A DNA stretch of 63,202 nucleotides, filler included, from Vannella sp. (lineage: Eukaryota), in NCBI GenBank assembly GCA_023345925.1. It is 5 parts of 5 records of this genome, joined end to end, with 100 filler letters (N's around TTAATTAATTAA, not from the genome) between each part and the next. Parts side by side here need not be neighbours in the genome. Positions count along the whole stretch, not along the records: positions 13,543 to 26,980 come from JAJQQN010000964.1; 4 more parts are not named here. One strand, 5' to 3'. This document shows positions 14,129 to 23,914 of this stretch, piece after piece (the first letter of the stretch is position 1; each line of letters starts with the position of its first letter). Both the position numbers and the translations under genes were made by a program. A model generated the notes under the pieces. That model was not told the origin of the DNA. It saw nothing but the letters and a program-made list of their open reading frames with translations, and did no database searches.

Positions 14129-15208
14129 TTACCCTCTTTGGGAGTCGCTCCTCGCGCTCTTCTTCCTTCCTGTTTGACAAAGAAGCGGTGAGAGAGTTGG
14201 AAGAGGTTGGGAAATTGTGTGAGAGAGTCCAAGTTGCCCAAAGCAGTTATTTCCAAAGATGAGAAGACTTCCATCATGCTGGAACGCCAAAGAATGGAAT
14301 CCTCCGCAAGCAATTCCGCTGCTTCTCTCTGACAGACCCAACAGAACCGGTTGTAACTGATTGATGGTACTTCCAGTACCCAGCTGCCCGTGCTCTGCCC
14401 CACCCCACACCCATACACGGCCCACCTCATCCAATGCGAGAGAGTGTTGGTGTCCACACGCTGCTCCCACCAGCGGAGGAACACCCTCAATCCTCTGGAA
14501 CTCCAATCCATCTCCAGATTGTCTCACTTGAGCGTCCACAGTGCAGCCAGCAGTCCAAAGAGCTCCCTTTGCATCGACAACCAGGATTCCACTGTGAAGG
14601 GCAGCCAAGCATCGGAGAGAGCCATCCAAAGGCTCTTTGATCTTCACTAACGTTGGCGTAGAGGCTTTGAAGGTGTGGCCCAGCCCCAGTTGCCCTTTGC
14701 AGTTGTCCCCCAGCACCCAAAGGCCTCCTTCTTCCGCTTCTGCCACGATAAACTGTCCTCCGCAAGCCACTCTTTGCAGCAGAGGGAAACCTTCTACCCT
14801 TTGCGGCGTTGGGAACCATCCCAGAAGAGAAGTTCGGTTCGTCCACATCCAAAGTGCGCCGTCGACGTCCAAAGCTGCGCTGTGATCGTATCCGGCAGCC
14901 ACTTGAGTAACCAGAGGAATGGCAGCAACTCTCTCAAAGCTTAGAACGAAGGAGGGCCCCTGATGGACACCTGCCGCCCACACACCGCCTTCTTCATCGA
15001 GAACCAGTGAGTGGTGGTATCCCCAGTCCACCTGCACAGGTCTAGGACCACTCCACGGCACCAACGCAGGCTCCTTCTGATCCTCCTTATGACCAAGACC
15101 AAGCTGACCTCCCCAATTGTACCCAAAAGCCACCAAACCCTCCACCGTGATGAGAAGCGTGTGGTACCCGCAAGGCATCCTCGAACTGAGTACTCTCACT
15201 TCTTTCAC
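14129..15208 (-). CDS. RCC1/BLIP-II repeat protein
   Basis: Repeated CGxxHSL...GxNxxGQLGLG motifs; true start probably ATG 15178 (MPCGYH). Confidence 0.9.
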   Translation of the reverse strand: MKEVRVLSSRMPCGYHTLLITVEGLVAFGYNWGGQLGLGHKEDQKEPALVPWSGPRPVQVDWGYHHSLVLDEEGGVWAAGVHQGPSFVLSFERVAAIPLVTQVAAGYDHSAALDVDGALWMWTNRTSLLGWFPTPQRVEGFPLLQRVACGGQFIVAEAEEGGLWVLGDNCKGQLGLGHTFKASTPTLVKIKEPLDGSLRCLAALHSGILVVDAKGALWTAGCTVDAQVRQSGDGLEFQRIEGVPPLVGAACGHQHSLALDEVGRVWVWGGAEHGQLGTGSTINQLQPVLLGLSERSSGIACGGFHSLAFQHDGSLLIFGNNCFGQLGLSHTISQPLPTLSPLLCQTGRKKSARSDSQRG

Positions 15209-15257
15209 TCACCAAAGGAGGTCTCTGGGACCATTCTGTTGTCTCCGGACGGGTCGG

Positions 15258-18200
15258 ATGGCGCTTCTGGCGAGCGTCCGGCGCGGGGACTTGGCGCAGG
15301 TGCAGGAGCTGCTGCACCAGAACAAGTCTCTCATTACAGAGAGGGATGAGCAGAAGCGTACGGTACTCCATGTCGCTGCGGGGAACAGTAACAAGGAGCT
15401 GTTTGCCTTTGTTTGCAGCAAAGTTGGGCGTAAGCTTGATGTGAATACTCCTGATGCTGCTGGATGGACCGCCTTGCACGTGGCTGCGAGCCAAGGGATG
15501 TACAGCCATGTCCAGCTCTTACTCTCTCTGAAGAACATCAAACCTGGGCTGACGACCCATGAAGGGCGGAATACGCCCTTCCATAACCTCTGTAAGCTGT
15601 CTTTGGACACGTCTGATGGTTCAGATGATGTATTTCAATTCTATCAAACTCTGGTGGCCTTTGCAAGCCGTGGAATCGAGCTAAACGAGCAGAACAAGCA
15701 AGGCGACACTCCGCTTCACTGCGCTGCTCACAGTGGCAACATCGAGGCTGTGGACTTTCTATGTAGACGAGGAGCTATGGTCAACGTCGTCAATAGGAAC
15801 AACGAGACCCCACTAGGGATAGCTGTTCTTGGGAGGCGAGCGGAGACAGTTCGGTGTATTCTCGAGTTTGGCGCCCAGTTGGAGTATGGCAACCACAACT
15901 ACGCTACTCTCAACCAAATGGCTAGTCTGCAGTCCGTAAAGGTTCTACTCTCCGGTAAGTGGCCGTCTTCGAGCACAAGTGGGAACCAAAGTGGACTTAT
16001 TGGTGTTCTAGAGATCCACACTGTCCAGTTGGTGATGCAACAGAAGGCCAAAGAGTTGGAACTAGTCAAGCAACAGCTCCGTCATGATCAGGGGATCATA
16101 GAAGAGTTACAGAAGGTGATGAAGCGTGACAAGCGAGTCTCTACGCCTTCCAAGAGCCGCAGCAATCGGGGGGCTTCCAAGGGGATTGTGCAAGCTCTTC
16201 AGATGTGTGAGAGACGAGACGCCCTCTTCTACACAGCACGGTCCGGCCCTTGGACTTGCGGGGCAAAACGAATTGAGTTCGGGACTGCGGCTTTGGCAAG
16301 CAAGCGCGCTAGTCAGATGCAGCTCATGATTGATATCAACCATATCAACATCCTCCCCGTCCTTTCCGTGAGCAGTGACAAGTCCCACGTCCGTGTATTC
16401 ACCGAGTGGCCCACTTCGACTCTTTCGAAGGCTTTGGAGCAGAGAAGGGCTTCCTTGGGGACAGAGTCATTCCTGCCTCTTCGTGAGATCATACGGATTG
16501 GGAAACACATTGCAGAAGCGCTTGAGCACCTGCATGAGAACCAATTGGTGGCGCGGTGCATCAAAACAGACCACATCTTCGTCAAGACTCAGAAGCAGAA
16601 TTTGGGCAGTCTGAAGATCGCTCCGTACTATGTAAGTCGAGCAGAAGACGCTTGGACAGTGCCAGATACGAATAGAGAGTTCTTTGAACCTCCCTACTCC
16701 CTTGCGACAGAGGCACGTCTTAGTCAGACTGCTCACCCGGCCTCTGCTGATGTTTGGGCTTTCGGAACGGTTCTTTTTGAAGTGCTGACGCTGAAAGCGC
16801 CTTACTCTTCCTTTAAAACGGAACAATTGAGTGAGCATATGAAGATGCAGTCTCCAACGCTCCCAAGTATCTTCCATCCTCGGGGTTCAAGTGCTTCCTC
16901 TTCCCGCTATGAAACTTACAAGCTGATTGTTGGTATTGTGGAGGCTTGTACGGATCTTGATTCATCCAAGAGACCTTCTATTGCGGAAGTAGCTTATTCT
17001 CTCCGTAATCACTGTGACTTGGCCGAAGTCATGCGAAAGAAGCTTCATCGTCAGCGCGAGGAGATTGTTAAGACAACGTCTTCAGATCAATGTGAATGGC
17101 CTGCTCAGTCTCCGCTCCCCTTCCACGTAATGCCCCACATGCCTCAGTCTCAGCTGATTGTTGGATGCGAAGGATATGTTATCGAAGCTCCTCTGCATGC
17201 TGCGAGTACAACGCCAAATCCTACAGCTCTCCAATTTGAGGATGCTTCTGTTCCCTATTTCAAAAACATGATGGCAGGGAAGCCTCACGAAAACTACTTG
17301 GGTGTTTCAGGTGACGGTGTTGAAAGTGCCGTGATTTCTTTGAGCCTTGAACCAGTTGTACCCAACCAATACCGAGTCATCATTAGGACATCAGAGAGTG
17401 ACGACCGCGTGCTATTGTCCTGTGACAATATCAAGGAGAGGGCCAAAGCACTCAAACTTCACCCTCGACTAGCTTCCTTTAAGCTCACTTTGATGAAGGA
17501 TCCGACAGTCACCAAACAATTGATTGATTTCGAGACTGCTCAGCTTGCACCGCATCTTTACAAGTTTGGGGTTATCTACAGAAAGCGCGGTCAAGTGACT
17601 GATAACGAGATGTTCTCTAACCGTGTAGGCTCTCCAGAGTTTAATACCTTCCTTCAATACCTGGGATCCAGAGTGATTCTGGAAGGATGGGAGGGATTCC
17701 GTGGTGGATTAGATGTCACAGCAAACATGACTGGCAACCAATCCATCTATGCTGAACTAGACCAAGAAAAGATTATGTTCCACGTCTCTACATTGCTCCC
17801 TTTTGATGAAGAGAACCCCCAGCAACTTCAAAGGAAGAGGCACATTGGAAATGACATCATTGTGGTCATCTTCCAAGACGCTGATGCAGATCAATTCACT
17901 CCCAAAGAGTGGGCTTCTCACTTCAATCACGTCTTTGTCGTAGTTCAGCCCGTGGGAAGCGATGAGGCTCAGACACGACCAAAATCCCGCCTGTCGTCTT
18001 CCCTTGATCTTGATATTGAGCCATTTGAAGGGAGTCTGGCAGCCAAACCCAAATACCAAGTCTCCGTCACTTACAAAGACTCCATAACTATTCATCCCCG
18101 ACCTTTCCTAAAGGAGCCTTGTTTGTACCTGGCCGATGGCAACTTCCAGAAGTTCTTCCTCACCAAGTGTAAGCCATCTTTTGATATAATACGTGGCTCT

Positions 18201-18308
18201 AACAATTTGCCAGTAATCAATAGCGAGCGAGTGGCAATGAAGTCTAAAGCCTTTGCTGCTCGGCTGCAACCTGTTCGGCGGCACCTTCTGAACGAAATAG
18301 TGGAGTGA
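15258..18308 (+). CDS. Ankyrin repeats + kinase-fold (pseudokinase) + RapGAP fusion
   Basis: GWTALHVAA and GDTPLHCAA ankyrin repeats; ADVWAFG..KRPSIAEV kinase subdomains; KFGVIY, FRGGLD, MFHVSTLLP, RKRHIGND RapGAP. Removing the in-frame intron 18169-18213 gives TKLINSE. Confidence 0.9.
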   Translation: MALLASVRRGDLAQVQELLHQNKSLITERDEQKRTVLHVAAGNSNKELFAFVCSKVGRKLDVNTPDAAGWTALHVAASQGMYSHVQLLLSLKNIKPGLTTHEGRNTPFHNLCKLSLDTSDGSDDVFQFYQTLVAFASRGIELNEQNKQGDTPLHCAAHSGNIEAVDFLCRRGAMVNVVNRNNETPLGIAVLGRRAETVRCILEFGAQLEYGNHNYATLNQMASLQSVKVLLSGKWPSSSTSGNQSGLIGVLEIHTVQLVMQQKAKELELVKQQLRHDQGIIEELQKVMKRDKRVSTPSKSRSNRGASKGIVQALQMCERRDALFYTARSGPWTCGAKRIEFGTAALASKRASQMQLMIDINHINILPVLSVSSDKSHVRVFTEWPTSTLSKALEQRRASLGTESFLPLREIIRIGKHIAEALEHLHENQLVARCIKTDHIFVKTQKQNLGSLKIAPYYVSRAEDAWTVPDTNREFFEPPYSLATEARLSQTAHPASADVWAFGTVLFEVLTLKAPYSSFKTEQLSEHMKMQSPTLPSIFHPRGSSASSSRYETYKLIVGIVEACTDLDSSKRPSIAEVAYSLRNHCDLAEVMRKKLHRQREEIVKTTSSDQCEWPAQSPLPFHVMPHMPQSQLIVGCEGYVIEAPLHAASTTPNPTALQFEDASVPYFKNMMAGKPHENYLGVSGDGVESAVISLSLEPVVPNQYRVIIRTSESDDRVLLSCDNIKERAKALKLHPRLASFKLTLMKDPTVTKQLIDFETAQLAPHLYKFGVIYRKRGQVTDNEMFSNRVGSPEFNTFLQYLGSRVILEGWEGFRGGLDVTANMTGNQSIYAELDQEKIMFHVSTLLPFDEENPQQLQRKRHIGNDIIVVIFQDADADQFTPKEWASHFNHVFVVVQPVGSDEAQTRPKSRLSSSLDLDIEPFEGSLAAKPKYQVSVTYKDSITIHPRPFLKEPCLYLADGNFQKFFLTKCKPSFDIIRGSNNLPVINSERVAMKSKAFAARLQPVRRHLLNEIVE

Positions 18309-18421
18309 GTTACTACCTACATACTCTTTCTTCGACTCATTAACTCCATTTCAGGCCCAAAAAGTCCAAAAAACATTGAAAGGGGACAGCGTTGACTTTC
18401 AGACTCATTAAATTATGGTAT

Positions 18422-19528
18422 TCAGAACAATGCTGTTACCTCAGGATTCATACTCAAAGACGCAACCTCTCCTATTTGGTTAGAGCGCAAAACAGAGGCG
18501 GCTTGCAGAGCAATAGAGTCTTCAAAAAGCTCAAACGTGTCGTGTGACAAAGTCCATTGGGTGAGATAGTCAATCAACAATGGCAGCAAAAGCTGCAGAG
18601 TAGACGGACCTTCGAGCGGAGATTCCATCATAACCAAAGCAGGCAAAAGGAACTTAAGGAGGAGGAAAGGATCTTCGCTTTCACTTTGAGGGCGAATCCG
18701 TAACAAATGGGGAAGGAGAGTGACCAGATCTTCCTCTACTGACTTTGGATCTTCAGAGGCCCACAATGCAAAGAGTTTGATCGTAGCGAGAAGGAAGGGC
18801 TCGGTGGTAGGAGCTTGCACAGAGGAGAGACGTTGCAGGTACTGGCTGACAGCTGCGATGATGTCAAGTAGCAGCTGCTGCACGCAAAGTAATTGATCTA
18901 GTTCAAGGATACTCCAAGCTGGATCATCTTCTCCCTCTCCCTGGACGAGGTGGAAGATGCAGATCTCAACCACTTGGAAAGCAGCGACAAGCATCCTCTG
19001 GTCTGGCTCTGGTGGCAGAAAGAAGCCCTGATCAATGATCTCTCCATGAGAGTCTTCTCTTAAGTCAGCGACTTGAGCTGGGTCACGCTCATAGCCTCCA
19101 AGGAAGAGAGAAATCTCGGTTCTGCAGGTTTGAAGGAGGAGCTGAGGAAAGTTGGGTTGAACAAGGCCCCAAGCTCCCCCCAGATGAAGGGGACTCAAAA
19201 GGGCATGTGATAGGATGAGTGCATCTTCTAAATGCTCTTTTCCGACCCGATTGGCCAGAATATCCGAGAGTCCCTTTCGTATCTTCTCTCCCCAATCTGG
19301 GAGCTGTTTAACGCGCTCCCAGAAGAGAGAATCACTTCCATTCGCATCCACAATGAAGCAGATTGATGACAATGATTCAAACTTCTCATGGTCCTGGGAT
19401 AACACAAACAACTCTGACGATTCAAGAAGCAGTGAGAGACTGCCCATCAATGAAGAATGGCAACCACAGTAACGCCAGAGCCAAATCTGAGGAGCAATCA
19501 TTTGCTGCACCATCAGCGTCAAATTCAA
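18422..19528 (-). CDS. Neurochondrin-like helical-repeat protein (start uncertain)
   Basis: FLLATIKLFALWASED..LVTLLPHLL and LKFLLPALV resemble the neurochondrin C-terminal half. Confidence 0.5.
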   Translation of the reverse strand: MNLTLMVQQMIAPQIWLWRYCGCHSSLMGSLSLLLESSELFVLSQDHEKFESLSSICFIVDANGSDSLFWERVKQLPDWGEKIRKGLSDILANRVGKEHLEDALILSHALLSPLHLGGAWGLVQPNFPQLLLQTCRTEISLFLGGYERDPAQVADLREDSHGEIIDQGFFLPPEPDQRMLVAAFQVVEICIFHLVQGEGEDDPAWSILELDQLLCVQQLLLDIIAAVSQYLQRLSSVQAPTTEPFLLATIKLFALWASEDPKSVEEDLVTLLPHLLRIRPQSESEDPFLLLKFLLPALVMMESPLEGPSTLQLLLPLLIDYLTQWTLSHDTFELFEDSIALQAASVLRSNQIGEVASLSMNPEVTALF

Positions 19529-19628
19529 GGGGGTGGAGAAGGAGTCATAACGGAGCTAAAAAGACTGACCCAAACTTGTTGAAAAGGCGCGATAGTTTTT
19601 ATTTGTAATACTCGAAATTTCAGCATGT

Positions 19629-19712
19629 GTCAGTATGGTCGAGTGGTCTAAGACGTCAGACTCGAAATCTGATCCCGGCAACGGGGCGCAGGTTCAAATC
19701 CTGCTGCTGACG
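19629..19712 (+). tRNA. tRNA-Ser (anticodon CGA)
   Basis: Acceptor stem GTCAGTA/TGCTGAC, anticodon arm TCAGA-CTCGAAA-TCTGA, long variable arm, GTTCAAATC T-loop, T5 Pol III terminator 19716-19720. Confidence 0.95.
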
Positions 19713-19740
19713 AGGTTTTTGCTCGTGGGAAGAAGATTTG

Positions 19741-20496
19741 TTAGCTTTCTGGCATTAGGTTATCATTCCGCTGGCACTGTAGCTTTGAATTCTGATTGCC
19801 ACAAGAATCAAAGTTGTCCTGGTCCAACCAAGCCTCAAACGCTTTGCGCACAAGTGGCCATTCGGTGTCAATGGTCGCAAACCAAGCTGTGTCGCGGTTC
19901 CGACCCTTGATGATTAAGTGCTGTCGGAAGATGCCTTCAAAGATGAACCCATACCGAATGGCAGAACGGCGAGAGCGCGCATTCAAATGATCGCATTTCC
20001 ACTCAAGTCTGCGCACCTTCAAATCATCAAAGCAATGGCGCATCATCAAGTACATCGCCTCCGTGCCTTCGCGGGTCCGTTGCAGCTCAGGGGACAACCA
20101 GATGTGGCCAATTTCAATGGTACCGTTAATTGGATCTGCTCGAATGAATGCACTCATTCCAAGCGCATCTCCTGAGCTGCGTTTGACGATGGAGTAGAAC
20201 CAGGGATCTCGCGCTATCTGTCTTTCACGCAGCCAGCTGGTGAACATCTCAGCAGAAGCAAAGGGTCCATAGGCCATGTAAGTCCAAAAGCCATCATCGA
20301 TGCCTTTGATTGAGCGGAAAAGGGGAGCTGCATGGCGCTCCACGTCCAAGGGTTCCAACTGCACCCACCTCCCTTCAATAAGGCGAAGATCAGGTACTCG
20401 ACCTGGCGGTAAAGGATCGACAATGTCTCCAAGAGAGGGAACCCCAGTAGTTCGGTTGTCCTCGTCGAAGGACCCAGCCGGCTCGCGTTCTCCCAT
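19741..20496 (-). CDS. GNAT acetyltransferase, RimJ/RimL-like
   Basis: IEIGHIWLSPELQRT, RRLEWKCDHLNARSRRSAIRYGFIFEGIFRQH, KGRNRDTAWF; intronless. Confidence 0.9.
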   Translation of the reverse strand: MGEREPAGSFDEDNRTTGVPSLGDIVDPLPPGRVPDLRLIEGRWVQLEPLDVERHAAPLFRSIKGIDDGFWTYMAYGPFASAEMFTSWLRERQIARDPWFYSIVKRSSGDALGMSAFIRADPINGTIEIGHIWLSPELQRTREGTEAMYLMMRHCFDDLKVRRLEWKCDHLNARSRRSAIRYGFIFEGIFRQHLIIKGRNRDTAWFATIDTEWPLVRKAFEAWLDQDNFDSCGNQNSKLQCQRNDNLMPES

Positions 20497-20778
20497 CCAA
20501 CCGAGTACTAAAAAATGACAATTGAGGCCGGTCCAATCACTAATCTATTTGTTACTCCAATCTACATTTGTAAAAACGGGTCAGACCCGCGACCAGAGGG
20601 AAGAGGGAAGAACTTCATGTTGGAGTGTCCTGGATGAGCACTTCCCCCGTCTCTTCAGGATAAGCTGTTGGGCTGATTTCACTTTGAGTGTTCCGTGTAC
20701 TGGGATGGGAAATGCCCTCCCCGCTTCCGAAGTGAAGAGAAGCTGCTCACTGGTGTCAAGAATCAAGTTTTAATGCCA

Positions 20779-21326
20779 TCACAGGCAGAGGTGGCGCGCT
20801 GCTTTATCCAGATCACCTTGAAACTTGTCCTGAAAGGTTGCAAAGCTCATTTGGCGGACAGAAGCAGGAATCTTTGCTAATTCCTGCTGCCGGGCCACAC
20901 TCATCTGAGTGACTGCATTCAGAGCAGCTTGTTTCATCAATGTGACTTGTCTTGTCACTGTTAAGGGTGTGAGATCAACAATTGGGCGTTCTATGAGAGT
21001 TTCTCACCTTCTCGGTCAAAGGCTGACAGAGCCCAACTCTTTTCCATCTCGACGGGAACCTGGAGGGGCAATGAGGTGCCCTCCTCTTCACCCAATGCAA
21101 CATTCTCTACTTTAAGTGTTGATTCGTTTTCGTTCTCTTTGTCTTCCTTTGCAATGAGCTTTCTCCGTTTAGGATCCGGAAGAGGAGCAGCATTCTCCTT
21201 GCGAAGCGTTCGCTTTGTCCCTGCCTTCTCCACTGGCTTCTGTTCCGTCACCTGGCGCCTACTCAAAGCTGCGCTCTTCGTTGTGGCACCGCTATCCACT
21301 TGCGCCGTAGCTCTTGTTCTCGCCAT
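20779..21326 (-). CDS. Borealin/Nbl1 N-terminal-domain protein (165 aa, 2 exons)
   Basis: Intron 20958-21007 joins FDRE|VTRQVTLMKQ...ELAKIPASVRQMSFATFQDKFQGD; basic NLS PDPKRRKL. Confidence 0.6.
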
Positions 21327-21481
21327 CCCCAAAATGCCGAAGAACCCTCTCCACAACGGACCAACTTTTTCCCGCCAAATTTCCCGCCCCACTAAATGCT
21401 GCACTGATGGAAATGGATCTGCCATGGATTTAATTATTCATAAGAAGCCAAATAGATCATTTGAAGACTGCCAGGCGGAGG

Positions 21482-22833
21482 ATGGCTGAGATGCTTAGAG
21501 AAAGGGAGCTTTCCTATCAAAGGCTGTCTTTGACGGAGTTTGTTCCTTTAGCAAGGAGGCTTTCTGCGTCATCCTTCTCATCACAGGTACTTGAGGCCGG
21601 TCGCTGCTTGTGGATCTAAGGGGACGCGAAATAGACTTTCATCTACGTCGATCAAACAGAATATGGAAAGCTCTTCGCCTGCAAGTGGTTGAATAGCAAC
21701 AACAGTGAGTACAGCTTCTTGGTGATGCGCCTGGCTCACTCTGTAGTCCTCACTGGTGGCAAGAAGAATGAGCTCCGCCTTTGGAACGTCGAGAAGAGGT
21801 CTTCTGACGTGGTCCCCATTCCAACCCTCAGCTTCTCTGACTACCCACAAGAGTCAGCTGGCATTCACTTTATTGAAACCAACCCTCAGGGCTCGGAGAT
21901 TGCCACGGGAGGCTCTAATCCTGCTGAAATAATCATTCTCGACCGCGACACCCTTCAGCCCAAGCGCATACTCTCAGTAAGTAGACCTTATTGGTATCAT
22001 CTTTCCACTTCAAGGGCTGATGGAACCTCCCAGGGACATAAGGACTGGGTTTTTGCATCTGCCTATCTCAATAGTCACTTAATCGCCAGCGGATCCCGTG
22101 ATGGGACAGTTAAGCTTTGGTCCACCAAAAAGCAATCTTCTGCTGAAACTCCTTTGAAAGGCGAGGCGTTGATCACTCGGAAGGAGCATAATGGAAAGGT
22201 CCGCGATCTGAAGTACAATTCTCACTTGGAACGGTTTGCCACAATCTCTAATGATCATACGATGCTTCTTTGGTCTATCTCAACCTTTGACGTGGTATGT
22301 TTTGGAGAAAGTAGGAGTGAATTCATTAATACTGTTCAGGTGGCCGACATTGCGTTTACCACGGATGAGGACCCACTGTGCATGGCAATCTGCCCTGAAA
22401 ACTATATTATTGCAGTAGGAGCCTTCTCTGGAATAGACTTTTACTGCATGAAGACGGGACGGCTGATTGGGACGGAGCCCACAGGACTCGATAGTGAGTT
22501 AGGTCCGACTTACTGGCAGGCATCTAATTCTCCGTTTCAGCAATCCGCTCGATCTCCTTTGAACATGGGATTATCACTGTGACGTACGCCTCTGGCGCAA
22601 TTGGATTTTATGATTATCGAGCTTCCCAATGGCTTCCAACACATCTAGATCCTATTCTCCCAGTACTTTCCCCTGTAACATGGAACCATCCAGCCCGCGG
22701 AGGCCTTGCAGCACAAGGAGTTCTCCCAACCATTTTCACTCACCAATGGGAGCCTGACGGCCACCGATTGTTCGTTGGAGGCGGAAGTTTATTCGCAAAC
22801 GAAGACTATTCCTTCGCTGCTCTTTATATGTAG
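21482..22833 (+). CDS. DCAF12: WD40 protein, DCAF12-like (multi-exon)
   Basis: KLFACKWLN, GIHFIETNP..IATGGSNP, GHKDWVF, SGSRDGTVKLW, IFTHQWEPDGHRLFVGGG, YSFAALY. Confidence 0.75.
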
Positions 22834-22847
22834 CCATAAACTACAAG

Positions 22848-23714
22848 TTAGTTATGTGTGGAGGTGAATGTGGTCTGCAGAAACTCGTAAACCAGAAGAG
22901 TCACTCCCAATTGAGGTCCGCTCCTACAGACTCGCGGCCAAGTGCCTTTGAAGAACGCTTGTAAGCCTTCCTGTCGCCATATTTTAGTAGCAGTCAATCG
23001 AGCCCCTTCAACAGGAAGAGAATCACATCTGGCTTGAATCCTCGTTTTGATGACATCCGCTGGAGTCACTATTGCAGCTGCCGGAATCCCAGCCAGGGTT
23101 CCTGCTAAGAAGATTCCTGCCACAGTTGTCTCCCTGGGGGCTAGAAGGCCCTTCAGTCGGGAGTAGGAGGTAAAGTAGATCACATTGAAAGGTATATCGC
23201 GCATCAAACAGGCTCCAACACCTTTGTAGAGGGAGCGCAGGCCTAAGGAACGGGCCATTTGTAAACCAGACAAGGGCTTTGGTACTAATGAACCATTGCG
23301 AAGAGCCTCTCCTTGGATCTGCAACCGGATCTTGATCAGGTCACTGGGATTGGTGATGATGACCTGTGCTGCTCCTGCCACAGCGCCAGGAAGCATCTCC
23401 CAGAGTAGTGATGGATGTGTACGATCATGAAGAAGCTTTTTGCGCATCATATCGTTGATTGTGAGGCCGATCGCCTTCTCTGGAGCTATCGCAAGGAGAG
23501 GGGGCGCTAAACCTTTGTAGAAGGCAAAGAACCCTTCTCCTCGGAGCAGCTGTCGAGCACAATCACGACTACTTCTATACATAGGAACAGCATGCCTTAA
23601 AGTCACCTGGTTCTGCATGCGCGTCTTAACCAAATCTATCGGATACAAAGCCGCACAACCAGCACTCCCCGCAACCGCCGCGAAGATCACCCGTCTGCCG
23701 AACTCCTCCTCCAT
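22848..23714 (-). CDS. Mitochondrial carrier (SLC25), aspartate/glutamate-carrier-like without EF hands
   Basis: Three PxDxxKxR motifs; APEKAI, RDIPFN, RSGPQLGVTL. Confidence 0.9.
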   Translation of the reverse strand: MEEEFGRRVIFAAVAGSAGCAALYPIDLVKTRMQNQVTLRHAVPMYRSSRDCARQLLRGEGFFAFYKGLAPPLLAIAPEKAIGLTINDMMRKKLLHDRTHPSLLWEMLPGAVAGAAQVIITNPSDLIKIRLQIQGEALRNGSLVPKPLSGLQMARSLGLRSLYKGVGACLMRDIPFNVIYFTSYSRLKGLLAPRETTVAGIFLAGTLAGIPAAAIVTPADVIKTRIQARCDSLPVEGARLTATKIWRQEGLQAFFKGTWPRVCRSGPQLGVTLLVYEFLQTTFTSTHN

Positions 23715-23819
23715 TGAATACTTCTGATCTTCCTTTCCCACCCCTTCTCTCTTGCGACAACTCCGAGAGGAAAAGCGAAGAACCCTATTCGCCCAATATG
23801 GTAAAAAATGACAAAGTTG

Positions 23820-23863
23820 GGTGAAATGAAGGTGAAATGAAGGTGAAATGAGCCACGTGGCTC
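23820..23863. repeat. 3 x 11-bp tandem repeat (GGTGAAATGAA) abutting 14-bp palindrome GAGCCACGTGGCTC
   Basis: Read directly; lies between divergent carrier and P4-ATPase starts. Confidence 0.9.
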
Positions 23864-23914
23864 TTGGAGAGTGTTGTCATCATTGCTGTTCCTTTGAGAT
23901 CATTTTCTGGTTGC

